A stretch of DNA of 63,998 nt, the filler included, from Ionaspis alba (taxonomy: Eukaryota): NCBI GenBank assembly GCA_964255285.1. It is 6 parts of 6 records of this genome, joined end to end, with 100 filler letters (N's around TTAATTAATTAA, not from the genome) between each part and the next. Parts side by side here need not be neighbours in the genome. Positions count along the whole stretch, not along the records: positions 1 to 11,034 come from CAXUUL010000576.1; positions 11,135 to 22,100 come from CAXUUL010000577.1; 4 more parts are not named here. One strand, written 5' to 3'. The position numbers were made by a program, and so were the translations under genes. This document shows positions 9,037 through 22,100 of this stretch, piece by piece. The notes below the pieces were generated by a model that had not been told where the DNA came from, searched no databases, and worked only from the letters and a program-made list of their open reading frames with translations. The stretch's first letter is position 1; every line of letters begins with the position of its first letter.

Positions 9037-11034
9037 TCAAGCCAGTCTAACACCGGCCTGGCGATTCTTCTTCGCTGTCTGACCCAGCGCGTTGTTCAAA
9101 CCCGTAGCCTGACTGGTATCCAGGGAGCTCTGCGCCATCTGCTTCTTCTCATTTTCGATCTTCTTCAAATGCTTCTCAGTCTTCTGCTTTCCACTTCCCT
9201 TGCCGTGGAACAGGTGGCTGAGATGCTTGAATGCCTCTTTCTGATTCATTGATCTCCCAAATTCATCCACGTACTTCAGCTGCACATCTGGCTTGTACTC
9301 CTTGCTGAAGATCTCCGCCATTTGTCTTGACTCTTGTTGATCTCGTTGCTTGTTTTCCCATCGAGCATACTCCTCACGCTCACGAGCAGACATGCGGTCG
9401 AGCTTACCTGATGCTCGATCACGCTCACGCTGCAGACGGGCTTTGTGTTCTGCTGCGGCTTCTCGTTTCTGCTTCTCCGCAAGAAATTTCTGGCGTTCGC
9501 GGTGAAGGGCATTGATGTCGCCGTTGTTGGAATTCTCAAGTAGACCACGTTGTGTCAACAATGAGAGAGTCGAACCAATGCCTTGGGTAAGAGTGGCTTC
9601 TTCTTCTAGTCCAGTAACTGGAATATCTGTTCGGACAGGGGTCGAAGTCTCCCTCTTAATCCTGGCCTCAATCTCATCCTCCGCTTCAACATCGTCGTAA
9701 GGGCGTTCCATGTCCACATCTCCGTTCTCATCAGCCCCCGAATGCGACAGGTTCTCCACCTTGACAGTACCATCCGTCTTCGACGAGGGTGCCCTGGCCT
9801 TTTCGGGAACAGTAGGTCTCTGTAGATTTGCAACAAATTCTGAAGTCTCGTCTATAACTAGACCACCTTCGTCCGCGGCACGGTCGTCATTGGGTCCTGG
9901 CGTAGCTGATGCCTCTTCACGTAATTGCCGAGCAATATCCTCTGGCTTCATCTTCCTTCTTTTCTTGAGAGCTTCACGCCTTGATTTTGCTAAGGACGCT
10001 TGTAAATCATCATCATCGACAAAGGACATATTGTCTGTCCGTGCACGTGGCGGATAGGCTGGCGTTGATTTCTCGCCCGACTCCACATCCATCATGTCTC
10101 CATTTGCTTCAGCTCCATTCATCGACTCGACCGTGGGAAATATATCATCTTCGTCAGCAGCCTTCTGCCGAGTCGACTTTGCCTTTTTCTTCTTCGGTTT
10201 CTTGATCTTAAAGTCAGACACCTCAACGTAATCGGAGGTTGGCAAATCCTTCAAGATATCCAGACTAATAGCTTGAGGTTTAGATCTCTGTCCACTGTCC
10301 CGCATCTTTGCCTCCGTCTCCTCGGCCGTCGACCCTTGCGCGTCCAAAGTGAATCGCTTCCTCTTCTTCCCATCTATAGCCTCATCATAATGCTTAAGAA
10401 GTACCTTCTCCTCACTGTCATCAATGTCATTGGGATTATAGACAGGCTTCCTCTTCTTCAGCTCCAATTTCTCTCCAAGTCTTTCTCGTTCCCTCAATTC
10501 CAAGTTCTCCAACTCGTCTCCCTCCTCCTCGTTCTCCTCAATCGTCGTATCCTTCAATACAAGCACTTGCTCTCCTTCGCCCTCGAAATCCCCTATTTCA
10601 TGGCCGACCTTGACACCTTTGAGGTCCTCTCCAGTGTACTGTATCCCTTCCTCTCGCTCTCTCAACTCCCTCTCTATTCTTGCCGCTTTCTCCCTTTCCT
10701 TCTCCAATTTCTTCTGTCTCTTCTTGGTCTGCAGTAGCCAGCTTTTGGTGTCCATTTCTGTCACGTCATCTGCCTCCCCAAGTCCCTTCCCCTCCAACTT
10801 CGCGTATTTGCGTGCCGCATCATGCGCTTTCTTCACAGCTTCTTTCTTGGCCTCACGTCGGGCTTTGGCAGCGGCTTCATCCTGGAGTTTCTTCCAATTG
10901 TCATACCCCTCCGCCTGCCTAGACTCTAAAGTACTTCCTTGGTCTTCCTCGTCAGAGGAACTCTCGGAGTCATCTGAGGGTTTGAAGGTGGGCCCAGTGC
11001 CAGGTACTGGTAATGGTTTGAGACCGAGTGAGAC
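9037..11034 (-). CDS. SNU66: U4/U6.U5 tri-snRNP protein Snu66/SART-1 (5' end lost in gap)
   Basis: SLGLKPLPVPG next to the gap; GVKVGH; YKPDVQLKYVDEFGRSMNQKEAFKHLSHLFHGKGSGKQKTEK is the SART-1 C-terminal signature. Confidence 0.93.
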   Translation of the reverse strand, partial: VSLGLKPLPVPGTGPTFKPSDDSESSSDEEDQGSTLESRQAEGYDNWKKLQDEAAAKARREAKKEAVKKAHDAARKYAKLEGKGLGEADDVTEMDTKSWLLQTKKRQKKLEKEREKAARIERELREREEGIQYTGEDLKGVKVGHEIGDFEGEGEQVLVLKDTTIEENEEEGDELENLELRERERLGEKLELKKRKPVYNPNDIDDSEEKVLLKHYDEAIDGKKRKRFTLDAQGSTAEETEAKMRDSGQRSKPQAISLDILKDLPTSDYVEVSDFKIKKPKKKKAKSTRQKAADEDDIFPTVESMNGAEANGDMMDVESGEKSTPAYPPRARTDNMSFVDDDDLQASLAKSRREALKKRRKMKPEDIARQLREEASATPGPNDDRAADEGGLVIDETSEFVANLQRPTVPEKARAPSSKTDGTVKVENLSHSGADENGDVDMERPYDDVEAEDEIEARIKRETSTPVRTDIPVTGLEEEATLTQGIGSTLSLLTQRGLLENSNNGDINALHRERQKFLAEKQKREAAAEHKARLQRERDRASGKLDRMSAREREEYARWENKQRDQQESRQMAEIFSKEYKPDVQLKYVDEFGRSMNQKEAFKHLSHLFHGKGSGKQKTEKHLKKIENEKKQMAQSSLDTSQATGLNNALGQTAKKNRQAGVRLA

Positions 11035-11134
11035 NNNNNNNNNNNNNNNNNNNNNNNNNNNNNNNNNNNNNNNNNNNNTTAATTAATTAANNNNNNNNNN
11101 NNNNNNNNNNNNNNNNNNNNNNNNNNNNNNNNNN
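11035..11134. other. Assembly gap, 100 N with artificial TTAATTAATTAA spacer
   Basis: N-run containing an all-frame-stop linker. The same construct occurs at 22101-22200, 33160-33259, 44173-44272 and 55168-55267. Plain 100-N gaps occur at 27484-27583 and 49427-49526. Confidence 0.97.
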
Positions 11135-11724
11135 TAGTGTAGCATTGAAGAAGACTATCTGCCAAGCAGATGCGGCGATCGTTTCGCATGGTCATCCCAA
11201 GCGCACGATTCCATTTGCCGCGGAGCCCGGATCACAGGACAGGTGTGGCTGTAGTTCTCCAACGTCGCTCACTCGCTATTCACAGATTGAAGATCGACTT
11301 CTTTCATTTGCAAATTGCTAATACAACACAAGTCTGTCAGTCGTGACAGCAAAAGAACCTACTACTATACATTGTGCCAGGACCATTTCCGACCGCCACC
11401 TCCCCACTCAGCGAGGCCGGCCCTACGAAAGCGTAACACAAAGAACAATCGAAATAGATTCACACCGGTGCAGCAGTGCAGTCGCCAGCATGATCGAGAC
11501 TATGCGACGGAAAGGATTATCAGCCCTCAACTCGAGATATATATACGGCAAAGTGGTGGGTGTCTTCTCTTCTCCAGATGCTCCTGCTCGATCGCGATGA
11601 CTTCACGATTTGCCAGCCGCAATCTCAATTTAGCGATTTCCTCTTCACTTCACCCTCTGCAACGCTGACTTTACGCATCAACGACCTACAGCCTCTCCTA
11701 CATGCTATCATATTCTTTATCGAA

Positions 11725-12643
11725 ATGGTTCTCACAGCACGGCTCGTCGCTAAATTCAACTCCTATTATGCCGAGAAGCCAGGTAAGGGAATTATTTGTC
11801 GTTGTAGAAGACGTTCACTAACGGTGTATACAGTCCTTACCATCATGATGACCAATGCCGTATGTCCACACCTTCCTCTACGCTATTTTCTGGATGCAAC
11901 CTGAGTTACGAGACACTCAAAGGGACGGAGGCTAAGTACCAAATAGATTCTGGCAGGCATCGCAGACACAGTGGCACAATCCCTGACCGCCATAAGAAAG
12001 AGATCAATATCACAACTTAGAGGGGCACACAAGGATGATCTGGTATCTATCGAGATCCAAGACATGAGCGAGAAGCAACGATGGCCTGCACATGAAATGA
12101 TGCTTGGCACGAAAAGCCTTCCCCCTCCATTCGATTTTGAGCGACTTACCCGTTTCATGGCTTATGGCTTCATCATGTCGCCTGTACAGTTCCATTGGTT
12201 CTCTTTCCTGTCGAGAGCTTTCCCCATGACAAAGAGCGCTGCGACGATTCCGGCGCTGAAGAGGGTTGCGTTTGATCAGTTGATATTTGCTCCGATGGGT
12301 ACGAATATTCTATCTAGGAGGTGGCTGCTGGGCTAATGCTGACAACTTGATTAGGTTTGGCCTGCTTCTTCACTTTCATGACAGTCGCAGAGGGTGGTGG
12401 CAGGCGAGCAGTCGCCAGGAAATTCCAGGATGTGTACCTTCCAGCTCTCAAGGCTAACTTCATGCTTTGGCCTGCTGTGCAAATACTCAACTTCAGAGTC
12501 GTTCCCCTCCAATTCCAGATCGTAAGTTCAGTGAACCGCAGGCATAGACTCCAAAGCTAATTTCAGTCTAGCCTTTTGTGTCCACTGTTGGTATTGCATG
12601 GACGGCATATCTCTCCCTCTCCAACTCATCCGACGAAGTTTGA
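11725..12643 (+). CDS. Mpv17/PMP22 family membrane protein (Sym1-like), multi-exon
   Basis: Spliced frame MVLTARLVAKFNSYYAEKP|VLTIMMTNA|ILAGIADTVAQ...FDFERLTRFMAYG...KRVAFDQLIFAP...ANFMLWPAVQILNF...PFVSTVGIAWTAYLSLSNS, with GT-AG introns. Confidence 0.9.
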
Positions 12644-13160
12644 AAAGATTCCTTCGTCTGTTTCTGGAGGTGCTTTTGGTCGTGTACTCGGTGCATCTTG
12701 TCTTACTGCATAAATTAGCGCCTGGCATACACGGTCCTTGGCTGTGAGGCTTTGAGACTGCGGGGTTCGCTTTGGGCCTTTCGAGACGGTGCTTGGACTG
12801 GGTATCGGCGTCTGGTTTTCTGGTAGACGTCTTTTGGTTTGGTGCCGGGCGTTCCGAGAAAACCTACATGATGTCGTTTAGGACAGCTCTGTCTGCCACC
12901 ACTCTTTTCTTCGAAATACAATATAAAGTTATTACCAACCATTGTTTCATCGTGCTATATGGGATGTGTATACTACGTATACTGACTCCTGTGTACATTT
13001 CGAAGGCTTCTAGCGCTATTCCGTGAGGAAAAATCCATTTCAGCGACCGATTCATCTTCCCGCCTTTCGCAACACTGGTCAATCAATACTAAGCACCGAG
13101 GATGCCAAAACTGACGAAGCCCTCCACCATCTTTCTTGCTATACTTGCTCCGCAAAAGAT

Positions 13161-13888
13161 CTATCTCTCTCCCTCGTTTGCGTTCTCGGACGGATCCCAA
13201 ATCATGCAGGCATGAGATCTTGTCCCGCTACTAACACTACTCAAGTCCACGTCGTGGCTACCAATCTTGCGGAAGCCAAATTTCTGATACAGGGGCAGAC
13301 CGACAGGGGACGCGTGCAGATAGATGGGAATGTTTAGGGCCCGCGCTTGATCCATACCCCACCGCAGGAGAAGAGTAGCAGCGCCGCGACGGCGATGGTT
13401 CGGCGAGGTTATCAAGGTTTCGAGGTCTATTGTATCTTGGTCAGTAGGAACGATGGGCACGCTTGTTGCAAACGTCAAGTTCTGATAAGATATCAAAACT
13501 TACAGATATAGGGCTTCGCTCCCATCAATTCCACCCTCTTTAAATAGCTTTCCCGAATAATAGTCTTGTACGCATCCCCGTGCCACCCGACCCGGTCCGC
13601 CACCACCGGGGGTGTCTTCCATTCCTCGCCCTGCCGCTCGCGAATGAAGTACCAGTCAGAGGAACTAACCATTTCGCCTGTCTCCGTGTCTGTGACTTGC
13701 ATTTTCCGTTCTGTCGGGTCCTTGCCCCAATTTGCCAATGTGGCATCTATACTGCCTTGTAGTACAATCGAGCTGGCGGGCACAGTATAGAAAAGCTTGC
13801 TGGTTGGGTCTTCGCGATATGCTGCATACATCAAGTGTGTGAGTTCTGTGACGGAGGACTTTGGGACCAGGCCGACTTCGAGAGGCAT
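13161..13888 (-). CDS. GNAT family N-acetyltransferase (2 exons; intron 13427-13503)
   Basis: YLETLITSPNHRRRGAATLLLRWG (acetyl-CoA motif A) and LHASPVGLPLYQKFGF (motif B). GTAAGT donor, CTGAC branch and TAG acceptor. Confidence 0.9.
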
Positions 13889-14334
13889 TTTTGTCTTCGA
13901 CTAAAGGGACCTTAATGCGTGATTGTGGAGAGAGGGAATTCGATTAGATAGGGGCCGAGTGAGTATGGTTTCTTGCCTTAAAAGACAAGGAGGATAATTC
14001 GATGGCGGAAAGCTCCCACGATGCAAGAGAGACAACGAATCAATTCATTAGAGTAAAAGATCCTTCGCGTAGAGCACAGAAGAAAGCTACAATAGCTCGA
14101 CCTGAACTTGACAACGACAATGAGAAAAGTAGTTGACTCACGAACTAAGAATGCTATCCAATTCCAGAGATCAGTCTGACTCATACCTACATATGCATGT
14201 AAGTTCCCTCATTTTATCAATGTGCATCATTGTTGTCTAAGCGAGCATGTTACTTATTTGCGTACTATCTGATCCCTAGAATATTCACAAGGCAGGGAGC
14301 AATAGCGCTCAGCGCTCACATCCAACGTCACAGA

Positions 14335-15260
14335 CTATAGCTCATCAAGCTTTAAGCGATATAATCTCTCCCTCTCAATTCTGTTCCCCTTGCCCTTCTT
14401 CGCTTCCTCGATCACCTCTCCAAGATCATGCTGCGAATCGATGTACTTCCCACTCAACAATCTGGCGTCTTCATCTGCGCATAATGTAACAATCGTGTTG
14501 GCACTGAGCTGCGGCGTCTGAAATTCCAGATTCTGGAAATTGCCCATAATCTCCTGCATCTTAGGCGTTCGTTGTAGAGTCTCCATATTCACAGCACCTT
14601 CCGACTTGCTGAGATCCGTAGGTACAGAGCCCGGATGCACTGTGTAGGTGAATACACCCCTGTCTTGGATTTCCGCGCTGAGATCCTGGTGGAATTTGAT
14701 CAGGGCAGCCTTCGAGGTAGCGTAAGCAGTATTGAATGGAATGTCCTGGCTTCCAGAAGTGCTAGCCACGGAAATGATTGTGCCACTACTGCGTGCCAGC
14801 ATGGAGGGAAGAACAGCATGGATCAAAGATACGGCCCCACGGAGGTTGATCTCGAGCACGGCCACCAGTCATCAAGGGACTCTTCTGCTTCGAAGAAATT
14901 GTACCTGGTCACCCCGGCGTTGTTCATGAGGACGTCGATCGATCCAAGTTTCTCTTCGACTTGCTTGACAATTGTTTTTCCTGCGTTCGGATCCGAGATG
15001 TCGGCAGATATAGCCACAGCTGGAGTATTGTGGGTCTTTTCGATCTCCGCGACGACGTCGTCAATGTCGTTCTGGTGGCGAGCAATGCAAACAACACTCG
15101 CACCAGCTCCGGCAAAGGCGAGGGCTGATACTCGACCAATGCCACGACCAGCTCCGGTGACCACGACATTCTTGCCTTTGAGCTTGCCCTTGAAGCGATC
15201 GGGAGAGATGAAGGGGTAGGTGTCATTGCGTGGAGTCAGAGAGCACTTTGCAGTAAACAT
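14335..15260 (-). pseudogene. Short-chain dehydrogenase/reductase split by a 1-bp frameshift (pseudogene or sequencing error)
   Basis: TGAGRGIG and NNAG lie in the upstream frame; YATSK (YxxxK) and VHPG lie in the downstream frame. The junction reads TGG TGG CCG TG where TGG TGG GCC GTG would give DDWWAVLEINLRG. No intron signals at the junction. Confidence 0.8.
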
Positions 15261-16360
15261 TGTGGATGTGAAAAAGGATCAAGGAACGGCCTTGAGGTTT
15301 GCAAGTCAGACAATCAAGGAGATGAATATACGTAGTAGATTTACAGTTCTTAGCTCTTTGGGTTGCCAATGTATTGTTGCGGATGAAGGACCGAGATAGA
15401 GTGGATTATGCTTGGTCTGTTAGGCCAAGTTGCCCTCCTTTCATAGACAACAATCTCGACGCCTCTGATAGCACAACAACGGCACGGGCCAAGCAAACCC
15501 GAAGAGGAGAATGGAGGCATCCGAATCACAAGGCTCGTATTTCCGCAAAGTCCGTCGGAATGTTTTGAATATAGTCACCGAAGTGGCGATCAGCGGAGAA
15601 GGGACGGAGAGTCAGTAAGTATGTACGACGCATGGCGTGGACACTCTCTTCCAATCGCAATGTTCTGTCAGGAACATACTGAGTGTCTAAGCACAGACTT
15701 CATCAAACACGAAATTCGACAACGATAGTGATTGGAAATAGTATGCAGATAGCCTGATTGACAGACCACGATCGTAAGTGTCAAGCATCATCGTAATGGT
15801 AGTATGCAGTCTTTACAGAGGTACTGCAGAATCCGATTTGGTTCGGTAGGCCTGTAATTCATCGTGGAGAAGATCCGATAAGTCGACAAAGTGCAAATTA
15901 ACTTTATAGGATGAACAAACCAGGACGAGGTCGAGAATTGCCAGCAAATTGCGCTTGGGGACAGGGGGTGTGCTAGGTCATTCAGGCGTGGCACCGCGAA
16001 CGGCTTTCTTCATCCTACCCGCTCGTCACGGACCTCAGATTCTCATTCAATACTATACTTACATTACACGGAGGCTTGGCTCTATCGTATACAACATTAA
16101 TATCTAATACTTAATTCTTTTCTCTTTTCTCTACAATCCTCATAGTGCAAAGGTCGAGCGGCATTCGGAATAGCGCAGCTGAACCACCTGCTACCCGATA
16201 TTTGCAGTATCTACCAAGCTCATTGACAGATTCGAACCACTTTCTGGCAACTATCCGAGGTTGGCAGCGAATATCGAGCGTTCTCAATGGATAATTGTCG
16301 GTGACACAAGAGGTTCTGCGAGCTACCAACAAGCAAACGTTGACCGTTCTGTCGCGTGCC

Positions 16361-18880
16361 ATGGAGACCCCGTCCAAGCATCATGTCCACGAGGCAGCGG
16401 TTCCATCTTCCCCGGCCCTCACGAATCCGGATATGATTTTACCATATCTGTCTCACTCGCGGGACTCCACTCCCCTTCCAATCGATCGAATCCCGTCTTT
16501 GACACAATTGGATCACCAAGCAGGCAAAGACGAGATGCTGAGTACAGAGACGACTCCCAAGGGAAGCTATGTGGGCAAGGCGCAGAACACTTCTAGGCCA
16601 TCTCTGCCTGGAGCTTGGCTGACCGAGGAGGACATACACGGGCCAGTACAACAAGCAGACAATCGAGAGCCATCCCCAAATCTAACACAGACTTCGCTGC
16701 CCGAAGAACCTGACTTTGGCACGGAAACAAATCAATACGATGAAGATGATGAAGGCCCATATAAGGAGCCATACAACAACAAAGATGGAGGAGACGGAAG
16801 AATTCCTAGGAGGTCTACTGTGGACAGTCTGGAGGATGGTGATGACCACCCCAAAACAGCACCATTTGGAAGATCGAACCTGGCGCGTGCTGTACTCGAG
16901 GAAGATGAGAACGATCCCACATCCCATGCTGCGCTGAGTTTACGTGCCGAGGAAATTCTGGCTAATGCGAAGAAAAGACTTACCGTGAGTGCCATCCACG
17001 AAACTTCGACTTGTGAAGGTCTGTGCTGACAGTCCACGAAGGACATGGAGGACAATCTTAGCCGCGCTCGCCGATCCCTCAGTGCTACACCCTCTATCTC
17101 TAGATCGTCGCCAATGAATAAAATATCGCGGCTATCTCCGCGTCAAACAGCTGGGCGTAACGAAGACAATTGGTACCTTTCTGCAGCAAAACACCGTCAG
17201 CTCAGTCATGCTACCTCCCCTGGATCGGGAGGCGGGCATTCACGGGTCTTCAGCGAAACGTCAATTCCTTCTCCCATGCCTAGCCTTCTCACCGAGAAAG
17301 CTCGGGAGCTCCAACGACGCCGAGCGTCAAGCGCTATGGGAGCTGTAGGATCAAACCCCAACCAGCAGAGGAACAATGGCCCGGGCACACCGGAAGGTCT
17401 TGATGATGATGGACTGACGAGCTTCATAAATCGCAGTTCTAGTCTAGCCAGTCGGCAAAACCGCCACCTTGAGCCTCTGCGTGAGGATGAGCCAGCACTA
17501 ACTTTGGCCGATACACTTTCTCCCTGTGACAGCCCGCCATCCACCAATGAGAGCCAGCTGTACAGAAGATTTACCTCGGCCGGATCTGCTGGACCGCACT
17601 CGGGTTCGAGGGCAAATGGGCGAGAACTGACTCGAGCACGTTCAAACATCCAACTTCGAGATTTGCGAGAACAAATGCACGACTTGAGAGACAAAGTCAC
17701 ATCGTTGAAACAGAGGACTCGGCAAGATAGCTTGCAAAGACGGAGTCTACAAACGCTCAAGACACCCAGCCCTTTCACAGTTGCCAAGGACTGGGCCAAT
17801 GGCGACAGCTACTTCAATCCATCACCCCTCTCCACGGATGCTGGCTCAGACCCAGCTGCGCATGGTCCGCATAGCCGAGGATTTTCGCCTCTAATGTCCT
17901 CTCCCACTCCGAGGTCAGGAGAGCAGCTGGTGAAGGTTAAGGAGGAAGATGAGACGGAGGAACCATATCGGGATACTAATCTCGATGGTGACTCGCTTGA
18001 CCAGGCTCAACAAGATGGAGAGGATGACGATCAAGCCGATGATGTCGAGGACTTTCATTCAACACTACCAGGTGATGAGGACTTCGTTGAAGTGGAGGAG
18101 AACGATTCCGAGCAAGTATATCAAATCAGGGAGGAGAGACATGAAGATCGCGCCGACGCCTTCGACTTCCAGCACGTTTTTCTCTACAGTGGCAATAGCA
18201 CTTCTCGTCGCAGCGACAGCCGTAGGAACAGTCAGAGCTCGCGCGAGTCGGTCGAGACGACAAAGCCGGATGTGGCTCACATAGATGAGAAGCACGATGA
18301 TGCAAAAAGTACCCACGAGCAGAAGAACTCCGCACATTCAAGACAAAATAGCAAAGACTCTATCTCCACAGCCGCCACATTCGCGACAGCAACGGAGGGC
18401 AACGGGTCCGTACATGGGGGCCAGGAAGCCGACGAATGGAGCTACAACCCTGCGTCCCAAGCATGGCAGCATGAAGCTCGTCCGGGAAGTCAACAATCCG
18501 TTGGTGACAGAGGATCACGGAGCAAAGACCGACGGGTCCAGAATGGCACGTATTTAGAAGCGCCACTGCATCCACAGAAGCAGGCGCGTATGCCCAGGAC
18601 CAAAGGCACCAAGTCCTCGGCCATGGCCGAAGAACAAACACCTATCTCAGTGCTTTTGTCATCCATCTCATCGCCCAAGCACGGTTCGACAACCTCTCGT
18701 ATCTGTCTGGGTAAAATAGACGAGGACCTGGTGCAGAGACTACTGGGGAGTGTGCAGGTTGCTTGTAGGAATCTCGATGAGGGAAAAAATCAAGGGTCGT
18801 ACGAGAGGAAAATCTGGAGACGGAGATTGGATATGGCGAGAAGGGTGTTGGAGGGAGAATTCGAGGAGGATAGTGAATGA
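16361..18880 (+). CDS. Hypothetical fungal protein, largely disordered with coiled-coil segments (intron 16985-17041)
   Basis: Splicing at GTGAGT...CTGAC...AAG joins LRAEEILANAKKRLT|DMEDNLSRAR. A second coiled coil is LRDLREQMHDLRDKVTSLKQR; also HEDRADAFDF and C-terminal WRRRLDMARRVLEGE. Confidence 0.75.
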
Positions 18881-19993
18881 GTTTCATATTCTGGCTTGCT
18901 TCACTGCTTTATACCCATTTTTTGCATTACTTTGCGAGTTATTGGCGATTTCTTACTATGGAGAGGAGGTTTAGATATTTGTGGTTGTAGTCTGCACATA
19001 ATGAACTCTAGTATTTACGTCTTCAAGTTCTGAAGAACTGACGCAGCACATCTGACGCAGTATTTTGGATGGTGAAGACCTAATCCCTTGTGGAACTAGG
19101 ATAATGGAGATGATCGATACTGATGCAAGCACTAGAATCTGACCTAGCCTTCTACCAATCAATCCCGATTACACAGATATCCATTCTACCATGCCATGTT
19201 TCACCACCAAAAGCTGTGGCTTCGACCTTGAATTTCTCATGATTATTCCCGTCATTATTATTAATTCCAGCGCAGAATTTCTATTGAAATTACCCGCCCG
19301 GTGAAAATTCCACCAGCCATTCCCGTCTGGATACTCGTTCCGCTGGAACCACCAAGGCCCCGACCAGTCTGAAAGTAACTTATGGTGCAGCTAACTCATG
19401 CACCCCCTGAATCTGACAGAAGCTTGCTGGCATTTGACCTTTCGCTTGAGGGCCGGCCCTTGAAGGTTTGAAATGATTCCTCCGCCAGTTCCAACCATTC
19501 CTTCCGCCTTTCACACGTCCCATCTCCCCCAACGTCACATTTCACATCGTTTTGTCCAATGGGTTCTCCTCCCGCTGCAACGTCCATGTGTCTGGCTTGC
19601 GGTCTGAGGTCCTAATATACCGGGGCTTGACTGCCTTCTACTATGATGATTCGTCAATTGATATGCGGTCTGAGCATGGCCCGTTATGGGGAAAGCAACA
19701 TCCCGGTATTTGTTTGACACCACGATTCGAGATGCCTTGATCGAGCTCTGCTTTCCCTTTCCCTCGTGGCTGGAGCGGTTCTGTTTGCCTTTTCCCCATC
19801 TCTTTCCATCTCACTTTATGGCACTCTCCCTGTATGCAGATGCTGGGAACGGGATTGTAATTGTTTAGCTTCTTCCAAGCTAGCTTGTCGATTGCCGGTG
19901 ACACTGGTCAAGGCTCTATCTCCACAGTTTCAGCAGCATGGCTTCATCTTTCCTTTTCCCCTCTCCGTCTTCCTACTCCTCCTCTAAGCACCA

Positions 19994-22100
19994 ATGGCCC
20001 ATCGATTTGATATCCGCCGTATGAAGAACACTCTCCGATCAGGCTCTGTTACCACTTCTCGCGACGATGACAGTCCAAGACCATCGACATCATTGCCACC
20101 CATCTACATTGGTCCTACTAACTATCAGCACTCCGTAACGGCTATGGCATCGCCAGCCAAGCTGACCCGGAAAGCCAGCACAGGCCCACAAGTCCGCAAA
20201 GTGACCTCTCGAACACTTCTCTCCCCCGAACCACCTTCTTCGCCACCAAGCACAAAACCTCCGTTACCTCCGTTACCGCCCCTCTCCGCAGTCCAAAGTC
20301 GAGGTCGATCCCCTGACCAAAGCCAAAGCTTCGACCTTACACCTCCTCCGCCCAACTCCACCGCGAAAACAACCGAGGGCCTCGCTGAACGTCTTTACTC
20401 CGCCGACCATCTGCGCCTTATTCTCGATGATCCCGTTCTCTCTCTGCGCTTCACTGTCTTTCTCAACAAATATCGGCCCCATTGCGCGGCTCAATTGACG
20501 CACTATCTTGAGTCTCAAAAGGCTATCAAGGCGATTGAATATGCGAATGCTATTGCTGTCAAATTGGCCCCACAGCCACAAGGTGCTGAAGCCAGCACAC
20601 CCTGCGCTGCTGCGGCTATGGACGAGAAATTTGAGGAACAGAATCGGAAGGCTTTTGATGGGCTTGTCAACGAGGGGTTGACTTCGTATATCACTAGGCT
20701 TCTCGTGGATGTGGTGACCGATACCATGATCCGGGAGATCACGGGACATACGCTACCAAGCATGCAGAATCTGGTTGGAGGACTAGCGGAGGTCTTTTGC
20801 TTGTCGGACCCAAGTCTGGAGGACTGTCCGATTGTGTATGCTAGTGAAGGTGAGTTTCGAACAAGGACTATGCATGATCTTAATTCTGGATATTGTGGGG
20901 AAGAGAGACAAAGCTGATATCCACCTCTCCACAGAATTCTACCGCACAACCCAATACGGTCGCGACTATGTCATCGGCCGCAATTGTCGCTTCCTACAAG
21001 GTCCAAAAACGCATCGACCCTCCGTCGCGAGGTTACGCGCCGCGATACAAGCAGGGCAGGAAGTTTGCGAGACGATAATAAACTAGTACGTCTTCCACAC
21101 CGCCTGTTCCACCTCTTCACACTTTTACCCCATCAGATTCCCTGGAACATGTAGCTGACTGTTTTATTTAGCCGCCGAGACGGCACCCCCTTCCTCAACC
21201 TCCTAATGGTCGCCCCCCTCTTCGACTCCCACGGCCGCGTCCGGTACTTCATCGGCGCCCAAGTCGACATCTCCCTCCTCCTAACAACAACACACAGCCT
21301 CCCCTCTTTCGCGCGCCTCCTCGCCTCCTCTCACCTCCCTGTCGCCTCCGTCCCCTTCTCCCAAAAACCCCACAACAGCACGTCCCGCACCCCAAATCCC
21401 ACTCCTTTCCCCTCCCATCTCAAAAGCCTCCGCGAATTAAGCGATCTCCTTTCCTGGGAAGAAACCCTCGAGATCCAAACCGGGAGTCCTCGCCAAAGCA
21501 GCAGTGTCCGCGATGACACCAGTATTGCGGGATCTGTCTCTCGTGCCCAGGCAGGACCGGGACCGCGGGGCGGGAGGAGTCCCGGGGGGAGAATGGTGTT
21601 GAGGGATCAAGAAGAGGAGGTTGAGAGGGCGGCGTGGGGGTTGGCCGGGTCGCCGTTGAGTGGGAGGTTGCCGGGGGTTTATCAGAATGTAAGGATCATC
21701 ATCCTTCTCGTCCCTTATCAATCCATGTAGCCTTTGCTACGAGCTGGGATGTTGAAGACAGAGCTTGGAGTTGGGTTTCGGGGAGCTATGGCGGTACCTT
21801 TTGCTGACGCTTGTGAAAATAGTATATGCTCATCCGCCCCGCCCCAACCCACCGCATCGTCTTCGTCTCCCCTGCGCTGCGCATCCCCGGCCTTCTTCAA
21901 TCACCCTTCCTCTCGCGCATTGGTGGCCCCCCGCATATCCGCTCCCGCCTCGTCGATGCCCTGGCGAATGGTATCCCGATCACGGCGAAGGTGACTTGGC
22001 TTACCTCGCCCGGTAACACTACCCCGACACCTTCGCACAGCTCGGGCAATCCTTCGGTATCTAGCACGCCACCGAGGAGAACGGTGGTGGAGGGGAGGGA
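19994..22100 (+). CDS. RGS-LOV-DUF type blue-light photoreceptor (BcLOV4-like architecture), 3' end in gap
   Basis: Exons 19994-20849, 20935-21085, 21172-21688 and 21823->22100. LOV domain: FCLSDPSLEDCPIVYASEEF...IGRNCRFLQG...NYRRDGTPFLNLL...YFIGAQVD. Preceded by a helical RGS-like region; followed by GRLPGVYQNYMLIRP...RIVFVSPALRIPGLLQSPFLSRIGG. Confidence 0.85.

Noticed and set aside
11079..11090. Recurrent TTAATTAATTAA palindrome (five copies at multi-kb spacing)
   Set aside because: Always centred in 100-N runs. It is an artificial all-frame-stop scaffold linker, not a biological repeat.
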